The notes under the pieces were generated by a model. The model had not been told where the DNA came from, searched no databases, and saw only the letters and a list, made by a program, of their open reading frames with translations. Below, in pieces: positions 25,622 to 36,810 of a DNA stretch of 63,203 nt (positions within the stretch are counted from its first letter, which is position 1; every line of letters begins with the position of its first letter). A program made the translations under genes and the position numbers. Source of the DNA: a virus (taxonomy: Duplodnaviria; Caudoviricetes); the IMG/VR virus record IMGVR_UViG_3300036781_000090, positions 1 to 63,203 of that record, one strand, 5' to 3'.

Positions 25622-26574
25622 CAGTGTGGAGAAACCGTACTCTCAAAATCAGGCTGGGTCAAGCATGTATATAGGTCCCAAAACTATCTTAGGTATTGTG
25701 AGGCTATATCTGCTGGCCGAAAGGCGCATGAGCAGCACGTTTCCGCAACCAAAATGACAGTGAGTATTTGAATGGTTCTGCTCATTCACAAACCGTATTG
25801 TTGAGGACAAGTGTTGGATATCAGCAAAGAGTACAAAGCCTTGGCCACACCAACATATGTCATAGTTTCGTATGATGAAAATGGCGATCTAATTTGGCCT
25901 GAGCCGCCATATCACGTTCCGAAAGCCGAGTTTGATATTGCGGTTAGGTCTGGCTATCTCATTCGAGATTTAACGGATAAGTTTCACGGTTGGCCAACAT
26001 TCGCGGCAGAGCAGAAACGAAGTTTTGGATGCGATGATGAGGTTTCCCATGCACAGCATTTATCTTCGGTGTGATTGTTCTGCTTGCGAGGCTGTAGTGG
26101 ATCGTCGTGCCGTAGACGATTTTGGAGGGACTTACCGAAAGTCGGAATCTCGCGGCACGTTTGCGGTAGGCGAAGATCGAGAGCTATTGGCTTATGCTGA
26201 AAGCCTAGGGTGGGATGTATCAGGTGGAACTCACAGATGCCCAGAGCACGCTAGTCTAGATTTTACCATGCGGTTTCCCAAAAACAGTATCAAGGGCATG
26301 TATGTGGTGCCTGATGCCAATAGACATGATCGAAGGGTTGCTGAGCGCGAATGGCGGCTGAAATGAGCAAAGCCGTGCTATGGACAATAGCGGTTCTAAG
26401 TTTAGGCCTAAGTGCGGTCAATACATACCAATTGTCTCGCAAGTCCAATGACTTAGACCTATCTAAATGCACGGTATATGGAATGATGGTATCTTGTCCT
26501 GTAGTGGCGATTAGATATTTCAAACCGAAATCAAATCAATCAATGTTAATGGAAAAACAATCAAAGGCTACCAG

Positions 26575-26886
26575 ATGCCCCGTGGTGGCGTAAGGGAAGG
26601 CTCAGGGCGCAAGAAAGGCCAGCCGAACAAAAGGACGGCTGAATTGCTTCAGGCTGTCTCAGAGAGCGGCCTAACGCCTTTGGAATACATGCTGACTGTC
26701 ATGCGCGACAAAACCCAAGAATGGGCGCGCAGGGACGATATGGCTAAGGCTGCCGCGCCTTACGTGCATTCCAAGCTCGCGAGTGTTGAACATTCAGGTA
26801 AAATCGATATGGGCCTAGGCGATAGGCTATCTGGCGCTATTCAGCGGGTAGACGAGGACCAGCCGGTTGTCGAAACCCAGCACTGA
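26575..26886 (+). CDS. terS: Terminase small subunit
   Basis: GG.REGSGRKKG.PNK.T…TPLEYML..MRD…AKAAAPYVH.KL; directly upstream of TerL. Confidence 0.75.
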   Translation: MPRGGVREGSGRKKGQPNKRTAELLQAVSESGLTPLEYMLTVMRDKTQEWARRDDMAKAAAPYVHSKLASVEHSGKIDMGLGDRLSGAIQRVDEDQPVVETQH

Positions 26887-28384
26887 GCCGGATCACGAGC
26901 AAAGGCTGTTCGATGAGATAGCCAAATGCTCGAAAGACCCATTGCGGTTTGTCCTATTCGCGTTTGACTGGGGTAAGGGCGATCTAAAGGATTCGGATGG
27001 CCCTGACGAGTGGCAACGCGGCGTTCTGGTGGCTATTCGGGATGGGCTGAGTCTGGATAGCGCTCTCCGGCTGGCGATGGCGTCTGGTCACGGTATTGGA
27101 AAATCCTGCCTCGTCTCATGGCTCATCCTTTGGGCGATGTCTACTAAGGTCGATACGCGCGGTGTAGTCACAGCCAATACCGCAGTGCAGCTAAAGACCA
27201 AGACATGGGCTGAACTCAGTAAATGGCATCGGCTTTGCATCTGTGGCTATTGGTTTGAGCTAACAGCCACTGCGATTTACGCCAAGGACCCGAAGCACGA
27301 GAAGACGTGGCGTATCGATAGCATTCCGTGGTCTGAGAACAACACTGAAGCCTTCGCCGGTATGCACAACGCCGGAAAGCGCATTATTGTGCTGTTCGAT
27401 GAGGGGTCGGCTATCGCGGATGTGATCTATGAGGTTACGGAAGGCGCACTGACGGACAAGGATACCGAGATTATTTGGGGAGTGTTTGGCAACCCTACGC
27501 GCAATACTGGGCGGTTCCGGGAGTGTTTTGCCGGGGGTAGGTTTCACCATCGGTGGTTGGCTAAACAGATCGATAGCCGAGATGCGAGGATCACGAATAA
27601 GGCTGAGATTGCCGAGTGGGTCGCGGACTATGGCGAAGACAGCGATTTCGTGCGCGTCCGTGTTAAAGGGGTATTTCCTAGAGCCGGATCGACGCAGTTT
27701 ATCTCGGGCGACCTTGTAACCGCTGCCGCAAGTCCTGACCGTGATCCAGAAGTTACCTTGTATGACCCACTGGTTATGGGGGTGGATGTAGCTCGATACG
27801 GTGACGACAAGACGGTTTTCCGGTTTAGACGGGGCCGGGACGGTCGTTCGATTAAGCCCATGAAATTCCGTGGTCTAGACACAATGCAAGTAGCTGCCAG
27901 GATCGCGGAGGCTTACGAGCGCTATAAACCGGATGCTATTTTTATCGACAATGGTAGTTTCGGCGCGGGTGTGGTAGATCGATGTAACTACTTGAAATTG
28001 CCCGTGCTTGGAATCGATTTTGGTTCCGAACCAGATAAAGATATTCAGGGGCGAGACGGGCAGATAGCCTATTACAACAAGCGCGCGGAGATGTGGGGAC
28101 GGATGAGGGATTGGCTACCTGGTGGGATGATAGATGACGACATGGAGCTAGCGTCCGATCTCCCTGCGGTGGAATATGGCTTCGCGATGAAGAGTGGCCG
28201 GGATTGCATTCTCTTGGAAAAGAAAGAACACATGAAAAAGCGTGGTCTTGCCAGCCCAGACGATGGGGACGCTCTTGCGCTTACATTCGCACATCCGGTT
28301 GCCCCTACGGACCAGCGCTACAAGTACGGGCATCAGGCGGGCTCGGGTTACACAGCGGAATACGACCCATTGGCGATGTCATGA
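26867..28384 (+). CDS. terL: Terminase large subunit
   Basis: Walker A SGHGIGKS, Walker B VLFDEGS, GNPTR, nuclease GVDVARYGDD…SPDDGDALAL. Confidence 0.95.
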   Translation: MSKPSTEPDHEQRLFDEIAKCSKDPLRFVLFAFDWGKGDLKDSDGPDEWQRGVLVAIRDGLSLDSALRLAMASGHGIGKSCLVSWLILWAMSTKVDTRGVVTANTAVQLKTKTWAELSKWHRLCICGYWFELTATAIYAKDPKHEKTWRIDSIPWSENNTEAFAGMHNAGKRIIVLFDEGSAIADVIYEVTEGALTDKDTEIIWGVFGNPTRNTGRFRECFAGGRFHHRWLAKQIDSRDARITNKAEIAEWVADYGEDSDFVRVRVKGVFPRAGSTQFISGDLVTAAASPDRDPEVTLYDPLVMGVDVARYGDDKTVFRFRRGRDGRSIKPMKFRGLDTMQVAARIAEAYERYKPDAIFIDNGSFGAGVVDRCNYLKLPVLGIDFGSEPDKDIQGRDGQIAYYNKRAEMWGRMRDWLPGGMIDDDMELASDLPAVEYGFAMKSGRDCILLEKKEHMKKRGLASPDDGDALALTFAHPVAPTDQRYKYGHQAGSGYTAEYDPLAMS

Positions 28385-28777
28385 CCGAAATAGATGAAGA
28401 CTCAGAAATCTGGCGGTTGATCGACCATGGCGGCGGTCAGACCTGCAACGTTCGCGGCGTGTTGCGTGCGTTGGAAGAGGCTGGCTATGTTATAATCCAT
28501 TTGGATGATTTGGCGGAAAGGCACTGTGACGCATTCGATGACGGTGTAGAAATGGCCATGCTCGATATAGGTCCAGTGGCGGGCAGCGCATGACGAGTTT
28601 TGTTGGTATCGAAGACTGGTTGCTAGGCCATGTTGCGGCTTGGCAATTCAAGAATAGACGCTTGATTAGAGAAGGATGGACTCTAACGACTTGTTACATG
28701 GTCAACGGTGACATTGAGCACTATGCTGAGAAGGACGGAGAACGAGTAGACAATAACCCCTCAGAGGCCTTCAGTCT

Positions 28778-29059
28778 GTGACCCGCTGCCTCTACAACCC
28801 CAACCGTGAACGCTTCCAGCCCGGCAATGGTGCGCCGCAAGGCCATCACAAAGCCGCACAGGATGCTCGGCAACAGTTGGGTGAATTTCTAGACGCTAAT
28901 CTAACGCGCCCGCTGCACAACACCGCTTCTCAAAACGACGCTCGTGTAGAGCGCGAACTAAATGGCATGTCGCAGGCCGCGAGGGTATTTGCTGAACTTG
29001 AAATGCAGGATAGGACTAAGGCTGTACATTCGTGGCAGTATGATCCACTGGCGAGGTAA
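28778..29059 (+). CDS. Hypothetical protein ending in YDPL
   Basis: C-terminus WQYDPLAR matches the TerL tail EYDPLAMS. Confidence 0.55.
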   Translation: MTRCLYNPNRERFQPGNGAPQGHHKAAQDARQQLGEFLDANLTRPLHNTASQNDARVERELNGMSQAARVFAELEMQDRTKAVHSWQYDPLAR

Positions 29060-29261
29060 TCATGGAAGAACACCGAAAACGATGGCGTGAATTTGAGAGT
29101 GGATGCCGTAGAGGCGTATGGCAGAAGCATGAGGCCATAAAGAACAAGGAAATCGATCAGAATATTCGTCGTATGATGATCGAGTCATTGATATATCCGC
29201 CAGTGTGCGCCTTTAAATATTCAAAAGAAGGCCACGAGGCTATAATTTATAGGCCAATTTA

Positions 29262-29501
29262 ATGAACGAACGAATCCTAGGCGCTCAGATCAACGGTGCG
29301 CTATACCTAGCCTCTGTGACGTGGATCGGGTGGCAGACCACGCATCTCATGGCAACATATCTGGCCATCGCGGCATTTGGCGTGACCTATCTCGCGTATC
29401 TGGTCCAGATCGCGCTGCCGTACAGCACGAAGATCGGCAATAGCCTTGTTGCGGTATCTGTGCTATTGGGCGCTAGCGCTGGTATTATGCTTTTGATTTA
29501 G
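29262..29501 (+). CDS. Small membrane protein
   Basis: Three hydrophobic segments. Confidence 0.55.
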   Translation: MNERILGAQINGALYLASVTWIGWQTTHLMATYLAIAAFGVTYLAYLVQIALPYSTKIGNSLVAVSVLLGASAGIMLLI

Positions 29502-29510
29502 GACAATATC

Positions 29511-29732
29511 ATGGGTCTTTTCTCGGCTCCTACGCCTCCTGCTGCCCCACCTCCGCCTCCCTTGCCGCCCGCAGCTAATCCTCAGACGCTCGCCAGCGCG
29601 GAAGTTCAAAAGACCGGGCAGAACAAGTCTAAGCCTGGATTTGGTGGAACCGACCTTACATCGGGCGACGTGACGGGTGGAAGCAAGACGCCAACAGCTA
29701 AAGCTCAGCTTTTGGGCGAGACAGCTAGTTGA
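29511..29732 (+). CDS. Pro-rich small virion protein upstream of portal
   Basis: MG…PPPP…LLG pattern typical before podoviral portals. Confidence 0.65.
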   Translation: MGLFSAPTPPAAPPPPPLPPAANPQTLASAEVQKTGQNKSKPGFGGTDLTSGDVTGGSKTPTAKAQLLGETAS

Positions 29733-30113
29733 ACCAACTAACCGCATTCGAGCAGTTTGAGCGCATCCTGCGGCACGTCAGTAAATCCTTAGCAGAACGA
29801 GATTGGGAAACGCCAGCAATGCAGATTTTGGATGAGTTGGCGGAAGAGTTCAGGCTCGCGGTTTTGGCTAAGGCGGATAACGAAGTCGCGGCTGCGTTGA
29901 GCTTTGGAGCATGACTCACCCTCTTAAAATCGTACCGTCTAAGACGGACGTTGAAGCCGCAGCAGAGATTAAGGATCGCTTTATCCAATCTGCGCAGCCT
30001 TTGATTGCGTGTATCGAAGACGCAAAAAACCTTGGGTTTGATGTCCATTTTCATCTTGAGCCTGGGCCACTAGGCAACATAGCAATCACAGTTCTTAAGG
30101 TGACCAAGGAATT

Positions 30114-31961
30114 TTGATGCTTCAGGATTCTTCAGTCCATTACGAGGAAATGTCGCCATCCCTATTGGCCGAAACTCCTGCTATGCCGAAGCAAGAGTGG
30201 TACGCACAGGACCCTAAGTGGGAAGACCTCCGGCTACAATTAGAACAACGGCTATACGGACTTCGCAACTGGAGGTTGTCATGGCTCGACCACTGGCGAC
30301 GATTGGCTGAGGCGATACTTCCCCGGCGTCTACATTATTTGATCACCCCGAACACCATGGTGAGGGGGTCTGCGATCAATGGCGCTATCAAAGACCCTAC
30401 AGGCACTCAAGCCGTTCGCGTCTGCACTGCCGGTCTACGTTCCGGCATCATGTCATCTTCGCGGCCATGGTTCAAGATTAAATCAGGACTAAAGAACTTT
30501 AAGCCAGACCGCGAAGCAGACTTATGGTTTGAGAACGTCCAGGACAGGATTTACCGAGTATTCAGCGGTAGCAATTACTATCAAACTGCTACGCAGATGT
30601 TCGAGGACCTAACAGTCTATGGAACTGCCCCCAAGCTAATGCTGGAAGACAGACAAACAGTCATCCGTTGTTACAATCCGTGCGCTGGCGAATACTATCT
30701 TGGTGCTGGCGCTGACCAGCGGATAAATTCGTTCTACCGAACCTATGTGATGACCGTTATTCAGGTCGTTGAGATGTTCGGGCTTTCAAATGTTGGCCCT
30801 GAGGTTCAATCCTTGTGGGAAAATAAGGGCTCGTCGTTGGAGACTGAGGTTATCGTTGCTCATGCGATTGAGCCTAATTTCTCTCTTGAGATGCCCGGAA
30901 TGCCGCCGAAGTTGGGTAAAATCCCCGGCAATTTTGCGTATCGGGAATACTATTGGCTGTGGGGTAGATCAACGCCCGGTCCATTATCCGCTCGTGGCTT
31001 CCGTGAAAAGCCGTTTATCGCGCCGCGCTGGGCTACGACTTCGAACGATGCCTATGGCCGCTCTCCGGGCATGGATGCCCTGCCGGATATTCTACAGCTT
31101 CATCTCATGACCGTTCGGCAGGCCGAAGCCATCGAGAAGATGGTGCGCCCCCCGATGCTCGCTAGCCTGGCCCTTAAGAACCAGCCTAGTTCCATCCTTC
31201 CGGGCCGCGTGACCTACGTGGAAGACGTGGCTAAGGGCATGCGCTCGATCTACGAAATCAACATGGACATTCAGCATATGTCCGCGTTGATCGAAAAGAT
31301 TGAGAAGCGTGTGGAGAAATGGTTTTTCAACGATCTATTCCAGATGATGGAAAACCTTGAGGGTGTTCAGCCTCGCAATGAAATGGAAATCGCGGAACGG
31401 CGCGGTGAGAAACTTCAGGTTCTAGGACCTATTGTCGAAGGCATTGAGAATGAACTGGCCGACGATCTGAGGCGCACGATCTCGATCATGAAGCGCCGTG
31501 GGTTGCTGCCGCCCATGCCTGCCAGTTTGCGGGGTGTTCCGTTGGAGATTGAGTTCGATTCCATGGTTGCCGTTGCTCAGCGCGCGGCTGAGACGGCAAG
31601 CATGGAAAGGGGTATAACCGTCATTACTAGCCTGAAACAGACGTTTCCAGATAAGAATCTGGATGATAATGTGAACATGGATAACTGGGTTCGTGATTAT
31701 CTTGGTAAGTCTAACTTCCCAACCAAGGATATGAATGGTGAGGATGAAGTCAAACAAATCCGCGCTGGTCGTCAGGCTGCGTTGAAACAGGCCGCTGACC
31801 AAGCTAAACAAGCTCAGGCGCTAACGCATACCGTTCCTGCCGTTGCTGGAGCCGCGAAGAGCGCTGCGGATGCGGGCCTAGACGTTGGCGGCGCTTTAAA
31901 CGCGGTTCAGGTAGCACAAGGCTGGACGCCAGCTAACCAAGCTTCAGTGCCACAAGGATAG
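30114..31961 (+). CDS. Portal (head-tail connector) protein
   Basis: SRPWF, SNYY, YGTA, PRW…YGRSPGMDALPD, EI.ER..EKL..LGP. Confidence 0.92.
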   Translation: MMLQDSSVHYEEMSPSLLAETPAMPKQEWYAQDPKWEDLRLQLEQRLYGLRNWRLSWLDHWRRLAEAILPRRLHYLITPNTMVRGSAINGAIKDPTGTQAVRVCTAGLRSGIMSSSRPWFKIKSGLKNFKPDREADLWFENVQDRIYRVFSGSNYYQTATQMFEDLTVYGTAPKLMLEDRQTVIRCYNPCAGEYYLGAGADQRINSFYRTYVMTVIQVVEMFGLSNVGPEVQSLWENKGSSLETEVIVAHAIEPNFSLEMPGMPPKLGKIPGNFAYREYYWLWGRSTPGPLSARGFREKPFIAPRWATTSNDAYGRSPGMDALPDILQLHLMTVRQAEAIEKMVRPPMLASLALKNQPSSILPGRVTYVEDVAKGMRSIYEINMDIQHMSALIEKIEKRVEKWFFNDLFQMMENLEGVQPRNEMEIAERRGEKLQVLGPIVEGIENELADDLRRTISIMKRRGLLPPMPASLRGVPLEIEFDSMVAVAQRAAETASMERGITVITSLKQTFPDKNLDDNVNMDNWVRDYLGKSNFPTKDMNGEDEVKQIRAGRQAALKQAADQAKQAQALTHTVPAVAGAAKSAADAGLDVGGALNAVQVAQGWTPANQASVPQG

Positions 31962-33714
31962 CCATGACTGACGGTCCAATTCTCCTAGACGGCAAGCCGG
32001 TTCCTGACAAAGAGGAAATCAAAGGCATCCAGGTTGACGCCAATGGCGAACCTGTCCTCCAAGGGACAAGGATGACCGAGAAAGAAAGTCTGGAGCGGGT
32101 CATAGAGGGCCTGAAGATGGTTTCCGACGCCTGCGCTCATCTAATCCATCATGAACCACTTAAGGCTGACCATTGGCGGCAGTTTAAGACTAGGTTTGAT
32201 AAGTCGCGCCGAATTTGTGTTCAATATGCCGGTGGAATGGGTTCGGGCCAGAAAGAAACACAAGAGGTTCGTGATCCCATGCCTTGGCGGTTGTGTCGCC
32301 AGCGCTTTCTTGAGGGTGTGGAGCAGGCCGCTGGTGGATGTCGCCAATTATCTACGTGTTTTCGCGGTGATTTGTGGTGGTCGCAGATGGCAACTACGTT
32401 GGAGGACATGGCGCGGAAGCTTCAGACAATGCGCAGGATGGCCGCTAAGCAAGCCCTATCTCCTTTGATTATTCCTGAAGGATATTCGAGGCACTAAATG
32501 AAATCTGCGGACAGCAACACGCAGGGGTACAAAGCTAAAGCGGAGCCAGGCGATGATGCCTACAAGGCTCAAGTCGCAGAGCCTATGATGAATGCTATCG
32601 ACGCAATGCCTAAGAGTTACCGAGAATTGGTGCATTTGTTTGGATATGTTGATGTCTTCCGGGCATGGCGTAAGGGATGGTCGGTAGATGCAATTAAAGC
32701 CAAGGCCGCTAAGAATGGCGGTTATTTTGAACTGTGAATACCCCGCAGCAATGGGGCTAGTCGCGATGGAGAGCTTCCATCGTCCACCGGGTGGAGTCGA
32801 AAGATTTCCCCTGTTATTCGTGACCGGGCGTTGCTGACCGGTGCGACGATGGGAGACAGAATGTTAAAAGTTCTTGCGATACTGATGCTTATGATTGTGC
32901 CCGCTCTGGCTCAACAGCCACGGGAGTACACGATCAAACTGCCTGCCGATATGCTCAATCAAGTAGGTGCTGGGCTGGATGAATTACCGGGTCATATCCG
33001 CAGGCCGATTATCGATGCCATCTCAAAGCAGATAGCCGAGCAAAACGCCGCGATGGCCGAGAAGGAAAAGGCCGAGGCCAAGAAACCCAATGAATGAACC
33101 GTTTCCGACGCTGAGAAGCGGAGATGGGATAATCTGGGTGAGCGCCAAGACCGATCAGGCTTTTCGGAAGGCTTTGATGGACGGGGTTCCTCCGTCTCTC
33201 AGACCAAAGATGGCTGACGCATTGGCTGAACTGCCTCAGTCCGACGCTATGGAGTTCTCTGTTAAATACTTCGGCAAAGAACTGGCTGATATTAAAAACC
33301 AGATTGCGCCGTTGTTGATTTCTCTCAATAAGTATTTGAAAGAACAGAGGAATTTGGATGGCTTGTTTGAATGGCTAGATGTGACAAACATGGGAAATAG
33401 CCAAAAGCTGATTAGCGTTCTCAAAGAATGGTCGGAGATGAAGAATGCTTGAAATAAAAATAGAATTTCAAAAGAAGACCGAAACAGGATGGGAAAAAAT
33501 TTGGTCGCTGCCAGAGTCTGCTACATGGGAGAGCGATATTGAGGTTCATATGGCGAAAGCCCTTCTTAACGCACCCCGTCTGCGCGGTGGCGAATGGCGA
33601 TTTGTCATGAACCGATTTGCCCAAATGCTTCTTATGGGACAAATAGCGGTCAATAAATTTGGGAATTATAGATATCCACATATTGTGAATATTGTCACAG
33701 AGATAGTGGATTAA

Positions 33715-34200
33715 ATGGCTACTTTGGCTGAAGAACCACTAGCGGCCTACGCCGCAGACGATCCGGTAGCAGAGAATAACCAGCGCCGAGAAGCCGCTCG
33801 CGTTAGCCGTGAAGACGCCGATGTTATGCGGTACATCATGGCCACAAAGCCGGGGCGCGCGTGGCTTTTCCGGTTTCTGGCCAAGTGCAATATCATGGGG
33901 GATTCATTTGTCCCCGGTCAGGCGGATTCGACGGCATTCCGGTTAGGTCAGGAAAACATCGGAAAACAAGTTTGGCTATCTGCTCAGAGCGCGTCAATTG
34001 ACGATTATCTCACGATGATTAAAGAACAGCAGGCCGAGGAAAAACGGCTTGAGGGGGTTCGTCAAAGGGAAGAACAATCTCGCAGGAACGAAGATGAAGG
34101 CACTAGCGATAGCCCGTTTATGCCTGACCTGCCCCCACCGGCTGGGTATCCCGGAGGGCCGGACTTGCCAAAGGATAAAAATAAAGGTAAAGCAAAATAA
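33715..34200 (+). CDS. Bbp19-like head protein
   Basis: IM.T..GR..L.R.L..C……F…TAF..G..N.G. Confidence 0.7.
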   Translation: MATLAEEPLAAYAADDPVAENNQRREAARVSREDADVMRYIMATKPGRAWLFRFLAKCNIMGDSFVPGQADSTAFRLGQENIGKQVWLSAQSASIDDYLTMIKEQQAEEKRLEGVRQREEQSRRNEDEGTSDSPFMPDLPPPAGYPGGPDLPKDKNKGKAK

Positions 34201-35054
34201 TGGCCGACGAAGTTTCTATTCCGGTACCTGATACGGGCGCGCAAGCCCCGGTTGCCGATGCCGTCGCCCCTGCGGTAAATGCTGATGTAGCAGAAGTAAA
34301 AATTGAATCCCAGCCAACTCTTCTTGAGGCGGCTGCCGGTAAACCAGAAACCAAGACCGAAGAGGTTAAGGTAGAGGTTAGCCCGGAACCGGCCCCGGCT
34401 GAAGCCGATAAGGGTGAGGTTAAGGAAGCCAAGGCAGACGGTGAAAAACCAGAAGCTAAAGCGGAAGAACCAAAGCCTGACGCGGATAAAGCGACTGACC
34501 CGGTAAAAGAAGCCACGGCTGAACTTCAGCCCCCGGCCCCTGTGAAGTACGAAGCGTTCAAGGTTCCTGACGGGATTAAACTCGACGACAAAGAACTAGG
34601 TAAATTCACCGAAGTTCTTGGCTCTGCTCAAGTAAAACAGGAAGACGTGCAAAAGCTCGTCGATCTGTATACGGCGGAACGGCAGCGCGATTTCGAGACG
34701 GCCCGAACTGAACAGCGTGAGCACTGGAATAAACTCAACGACACTTGGAAAACCGACACCCGCAAGGATGAAAAGCTTGGCGGAAATCGGCTTGAAACGT
34801 CTCTCTCGATGGCTAAGGCATTTATCGAGGAATATGGCGGTTCAAAAGAACAAGTTCGCGAATTGATGGCTCATCTCAATAACAACGGGATGGGCAATTT
34901 TATTGGGTTTATTCGCCTTGCTCATAATGCTGCGACTGCCTTGAACATCTTCGAAGATTCTGTCGTATCGGCCAACCCATCCACGCCAAAGGAAGAGCGC
35001 GGACCGGGCAAGCGCGGCTGGTACGGCAACATGGGTAACGGGCAGGCCACCTAA
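34200..35054 (+). CDS. Capsid scaffolding protein
   Basis: Acidic Ala/Pro/Glu N-terminus, YE.FK.P.G…D; immediately upstream of the MCP. Confidence 0.8.
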   Translation: MADEVSIPVPDTGAQAPVADAVAPAVNADVAEVKIESQPTLLEAAAGKPETKTEEVKVEVSPEPAPAEADKGEVKEAKADGEKPEAKAEEPKPDADKATDPVKEATAELQPPAPVKYEAFKVPDGIKLDDKELGKFTEVLGSAQVKQEDVQKLVDLYTAERQRDFETARTEQREHWNKLNDTWKTDTRKDEKLGGNRLETSLSMAKAFIEEYGGSKEQVRELMAHLNNNGMGNFIGFIRLAHNAATALNIFEDSVVSANPSTPKEERGPGKRGWYGNMGNGQAT

Positions 35055-35140
35055 GTTTCCGGCCAATTCAAACTGCTGCGGCAACGGCAGAAAGTCACGA
35101 TTTCTAATCACGACGCCGAGCGCGCGTGAAATAGGAGTCG

Positions 35141-36181
35141 ATGAATATGTTCCTAACTTTGGCCGATATTGGTCGCCGTATGGACCCCGAAGGCAAAATT
35201 GCCGACATGGCAGAGTTGCTTTCTCAGTGTAATGAGATGGTTGATGACATGCCGATGGTGGAGGCCAATGGCCTTACCACGCACGTTACGACCGTCCGCA
35301 CTTCGCTGCCCAAGGGCTCTTACATTCGGTACTACCAGGGCACGCAGTACACAAAGTCTAACGCGGCTCAGGTTGAATTTGGCATGTCGCTGCTCCGCGA
35401 TTACAGCCAGATCGACAAAGAGCTTTGCAAGCTCGGTGGTCAGGAAAGCGTCCAGCGCGAAAAAGAAGATGTTGCGCACATGGAAGGTCTTTCCCAGCAG
35501 CAGTCCACGACGCTGGTGTACGGAAACACTTTCACATCGCCGGAACAGTTTACCGGCTGGTCGCCGTTCTTCAACACGGTATCCACGACCACGGCTCAGA
35601 ACGCGGTTAACGTGTTCGACTGCGGCGGCACGGGCGGCTCGAACGCTTCTATCTGGCTCATCGGTTGGGGCGAATCGACGGCCTACGGCATTTACCCGAA
35701 GGGCTCCAAGGGCGGGTTGGTGTTCGAAGACAAGGGCGATGTTGTCCCCGGCTTCGATGCTTCAAACCTGCGCTTTGAAGCCTACACGTCGATGTTCCAG
35801 TGGCAGCTTGGTCTAGCCATCGAAGACTGGCGCTATACCGTCCGTCTCTGCAATATCGATACGACCACGGCTGGCCTGCTTGGTCCGACGCCGCCCGATC
35901 TGTTCGCGATCCTCTCGCGTGCGGTTGTCCGACTTCCTACGGCTGGCCGTACTGTATCGGGCATTACCAAGACCGACGCGCCGGACAAGATGGCACCGGC
36001 CATCCGTCTCAAGCTCTATATGAACCGTACAGTCCGAGCGGCCTGCGATATTCAGGCCATTCGAGACAAGAACGTCCTGCTTTCTCCGACCGATTATGCA
36101 GGCAGGCCTATCGTCAATTTCAGAAATATTCCGCTGGGGGTGCAAGATTCGATGCTTTCCAGTGAAAGCCGCGTTGTTTAA
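35141..36181 (+). CDS. Major capsid protein
   Basis: BPP-1-like: L.Q.NE…D….EAN, R..LP, SIWL..WG, GIYPKGS.GGL, DWRY.VR..NID, F..IP. Confidence 0.92.
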   Translation: MNMFLTLADIGRRMDPEGKIADMAELLSQCNEMVDDMPMVEANGLTTHVTTVRTSLPKGSYIRYYQGTQYTKSNAAQVEFGMSLLRDYSQIDKELCKLGGQESVQREKEDVAHMEGLSQQQSTTLVYGNTFTSPEQFTGWSPFFNTVSTTTAQNAVNVFDCGGTGGSNASIWLIGWGESTAYGIYPKGSKGGLVFEDKGDVVPGFDASNLRFEAYTSMFQWQLGLAIEDWRYTVRLCNIDTTTAGLLGPTPPDLFAILSRAVVRLPTAGRTVSGITKTDAPDKMAPAIRLKLYMNRTVRAACDIQAIRDKNVLLSPTDYAGRPIVNFRNIPLGVQDSMLSSESRVV

Positions 36182-36205
36182 TCGGTCAGAGCAAAGGAAA
36201 CACAC

Positions 36206-36751
36206 ATGCTTAACGACCAGAATCTAGTCCTTTCGAGCGCTCAGGCCGTAACTGCCACGGCTGCATCGACCAACACGTATGATATCGAAATCGGTAACAC
36301 GGTAACGACTACGTTCACGCCAGCTCCGGCTCAGATTATCGGTAACGCGACTTACTTCGGTGAAGACCTTGGTATGGGTCGCGGTGTCGGTACTCCGACT
36401 GTTCAGGTGTTCAGCGGTTCGGGCACTCCTGCGGTTGCTACGTCTCTGCAAATCTCGTTGCAGGGCGCTCCGATGAACAACACGGCGTTTGGTACGGGTA
36501 ACGTCTCGGACCTCGTGTTCGTGCCGTACATCCAGACCCGCGCTATTCCGCTGGCGAGCATTCTTGCTTCGATCCAGCTTGCGGAATTTTCTCTGCCGCG
36601 CCGTGAAGTCGGTCAGGTTCTCCCGCGTTTCTACAACCTGAACTACATCGTGGCTGGTTCGAACTTTACTGGCCTTACGCTGACTTCGTACATCAACCTT
36701 GGTGATACGAGCGCTCAGAGTACGCTTGGCCAGTATCCCAGTAATTATTGA
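36206..36751 (+). CDS. Capsid cement/decoration protein (Bbp16-like)
   Basis: S.AQAVTATA.STN..D…D.G.G; follows the MCP. Confidence 0.75.
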   Translation: MLNDQNLVLSSAQAVTATAASTNTYDIEIGNTVTTTFTPAPAQIIGNATYFGEDLGMGRGVGTPTVQVFSGSGTPAVATSLQISLQGAPMNNTAFGTGNVSDLVFVPYIQTRAIPLASILASIQLAEFSLPRREVGQVLPRFYNLNYIVAGSNFTGLTLTSYINLGDTSAQSTLGQYPSNY

Positions 36752-36761
36752 AAATATTCCT

Positions 36762-36788
36762 AAGCGCGGGCTACGGCCCGCGTTTTTA
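36762..36788 (+). terminator. Intrinsic terminator
   Basis: GCGCGGGC-TACG-GCCCGCGT followed by TTTT. Confidence 0.8.
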
Positions 36789-36810
36789 AACAGCAACAAA
36801 GGAAATATAC

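Larger units (their letters stand above)
23520..25679 (-). mobile_element. IS1595-family element with passenger genes (2160 bp)
   Basis: IRs GGGACCTATATAC(G/A)TG; 8-bp TSD AAAACTAT at 23512-23519 and 25680-25687. Confidence 0.95.
23352..25771 (+). pseudogene. Small gene with Tat-like N-terminus, split by the IS1595 element
   Basis: Removing the IS and one TSD joins MDRRGFSIG…QKDKNY in frame to LRYCEAISAG…TVSI*. Confidence 0.8.

Noticed and set aside
24497-25771. 424-aa plus-strand ORF
   Set aside because: Antisense shadow of the IS1595 transposase; only its last ~30 codons belong to the interrupted gene.
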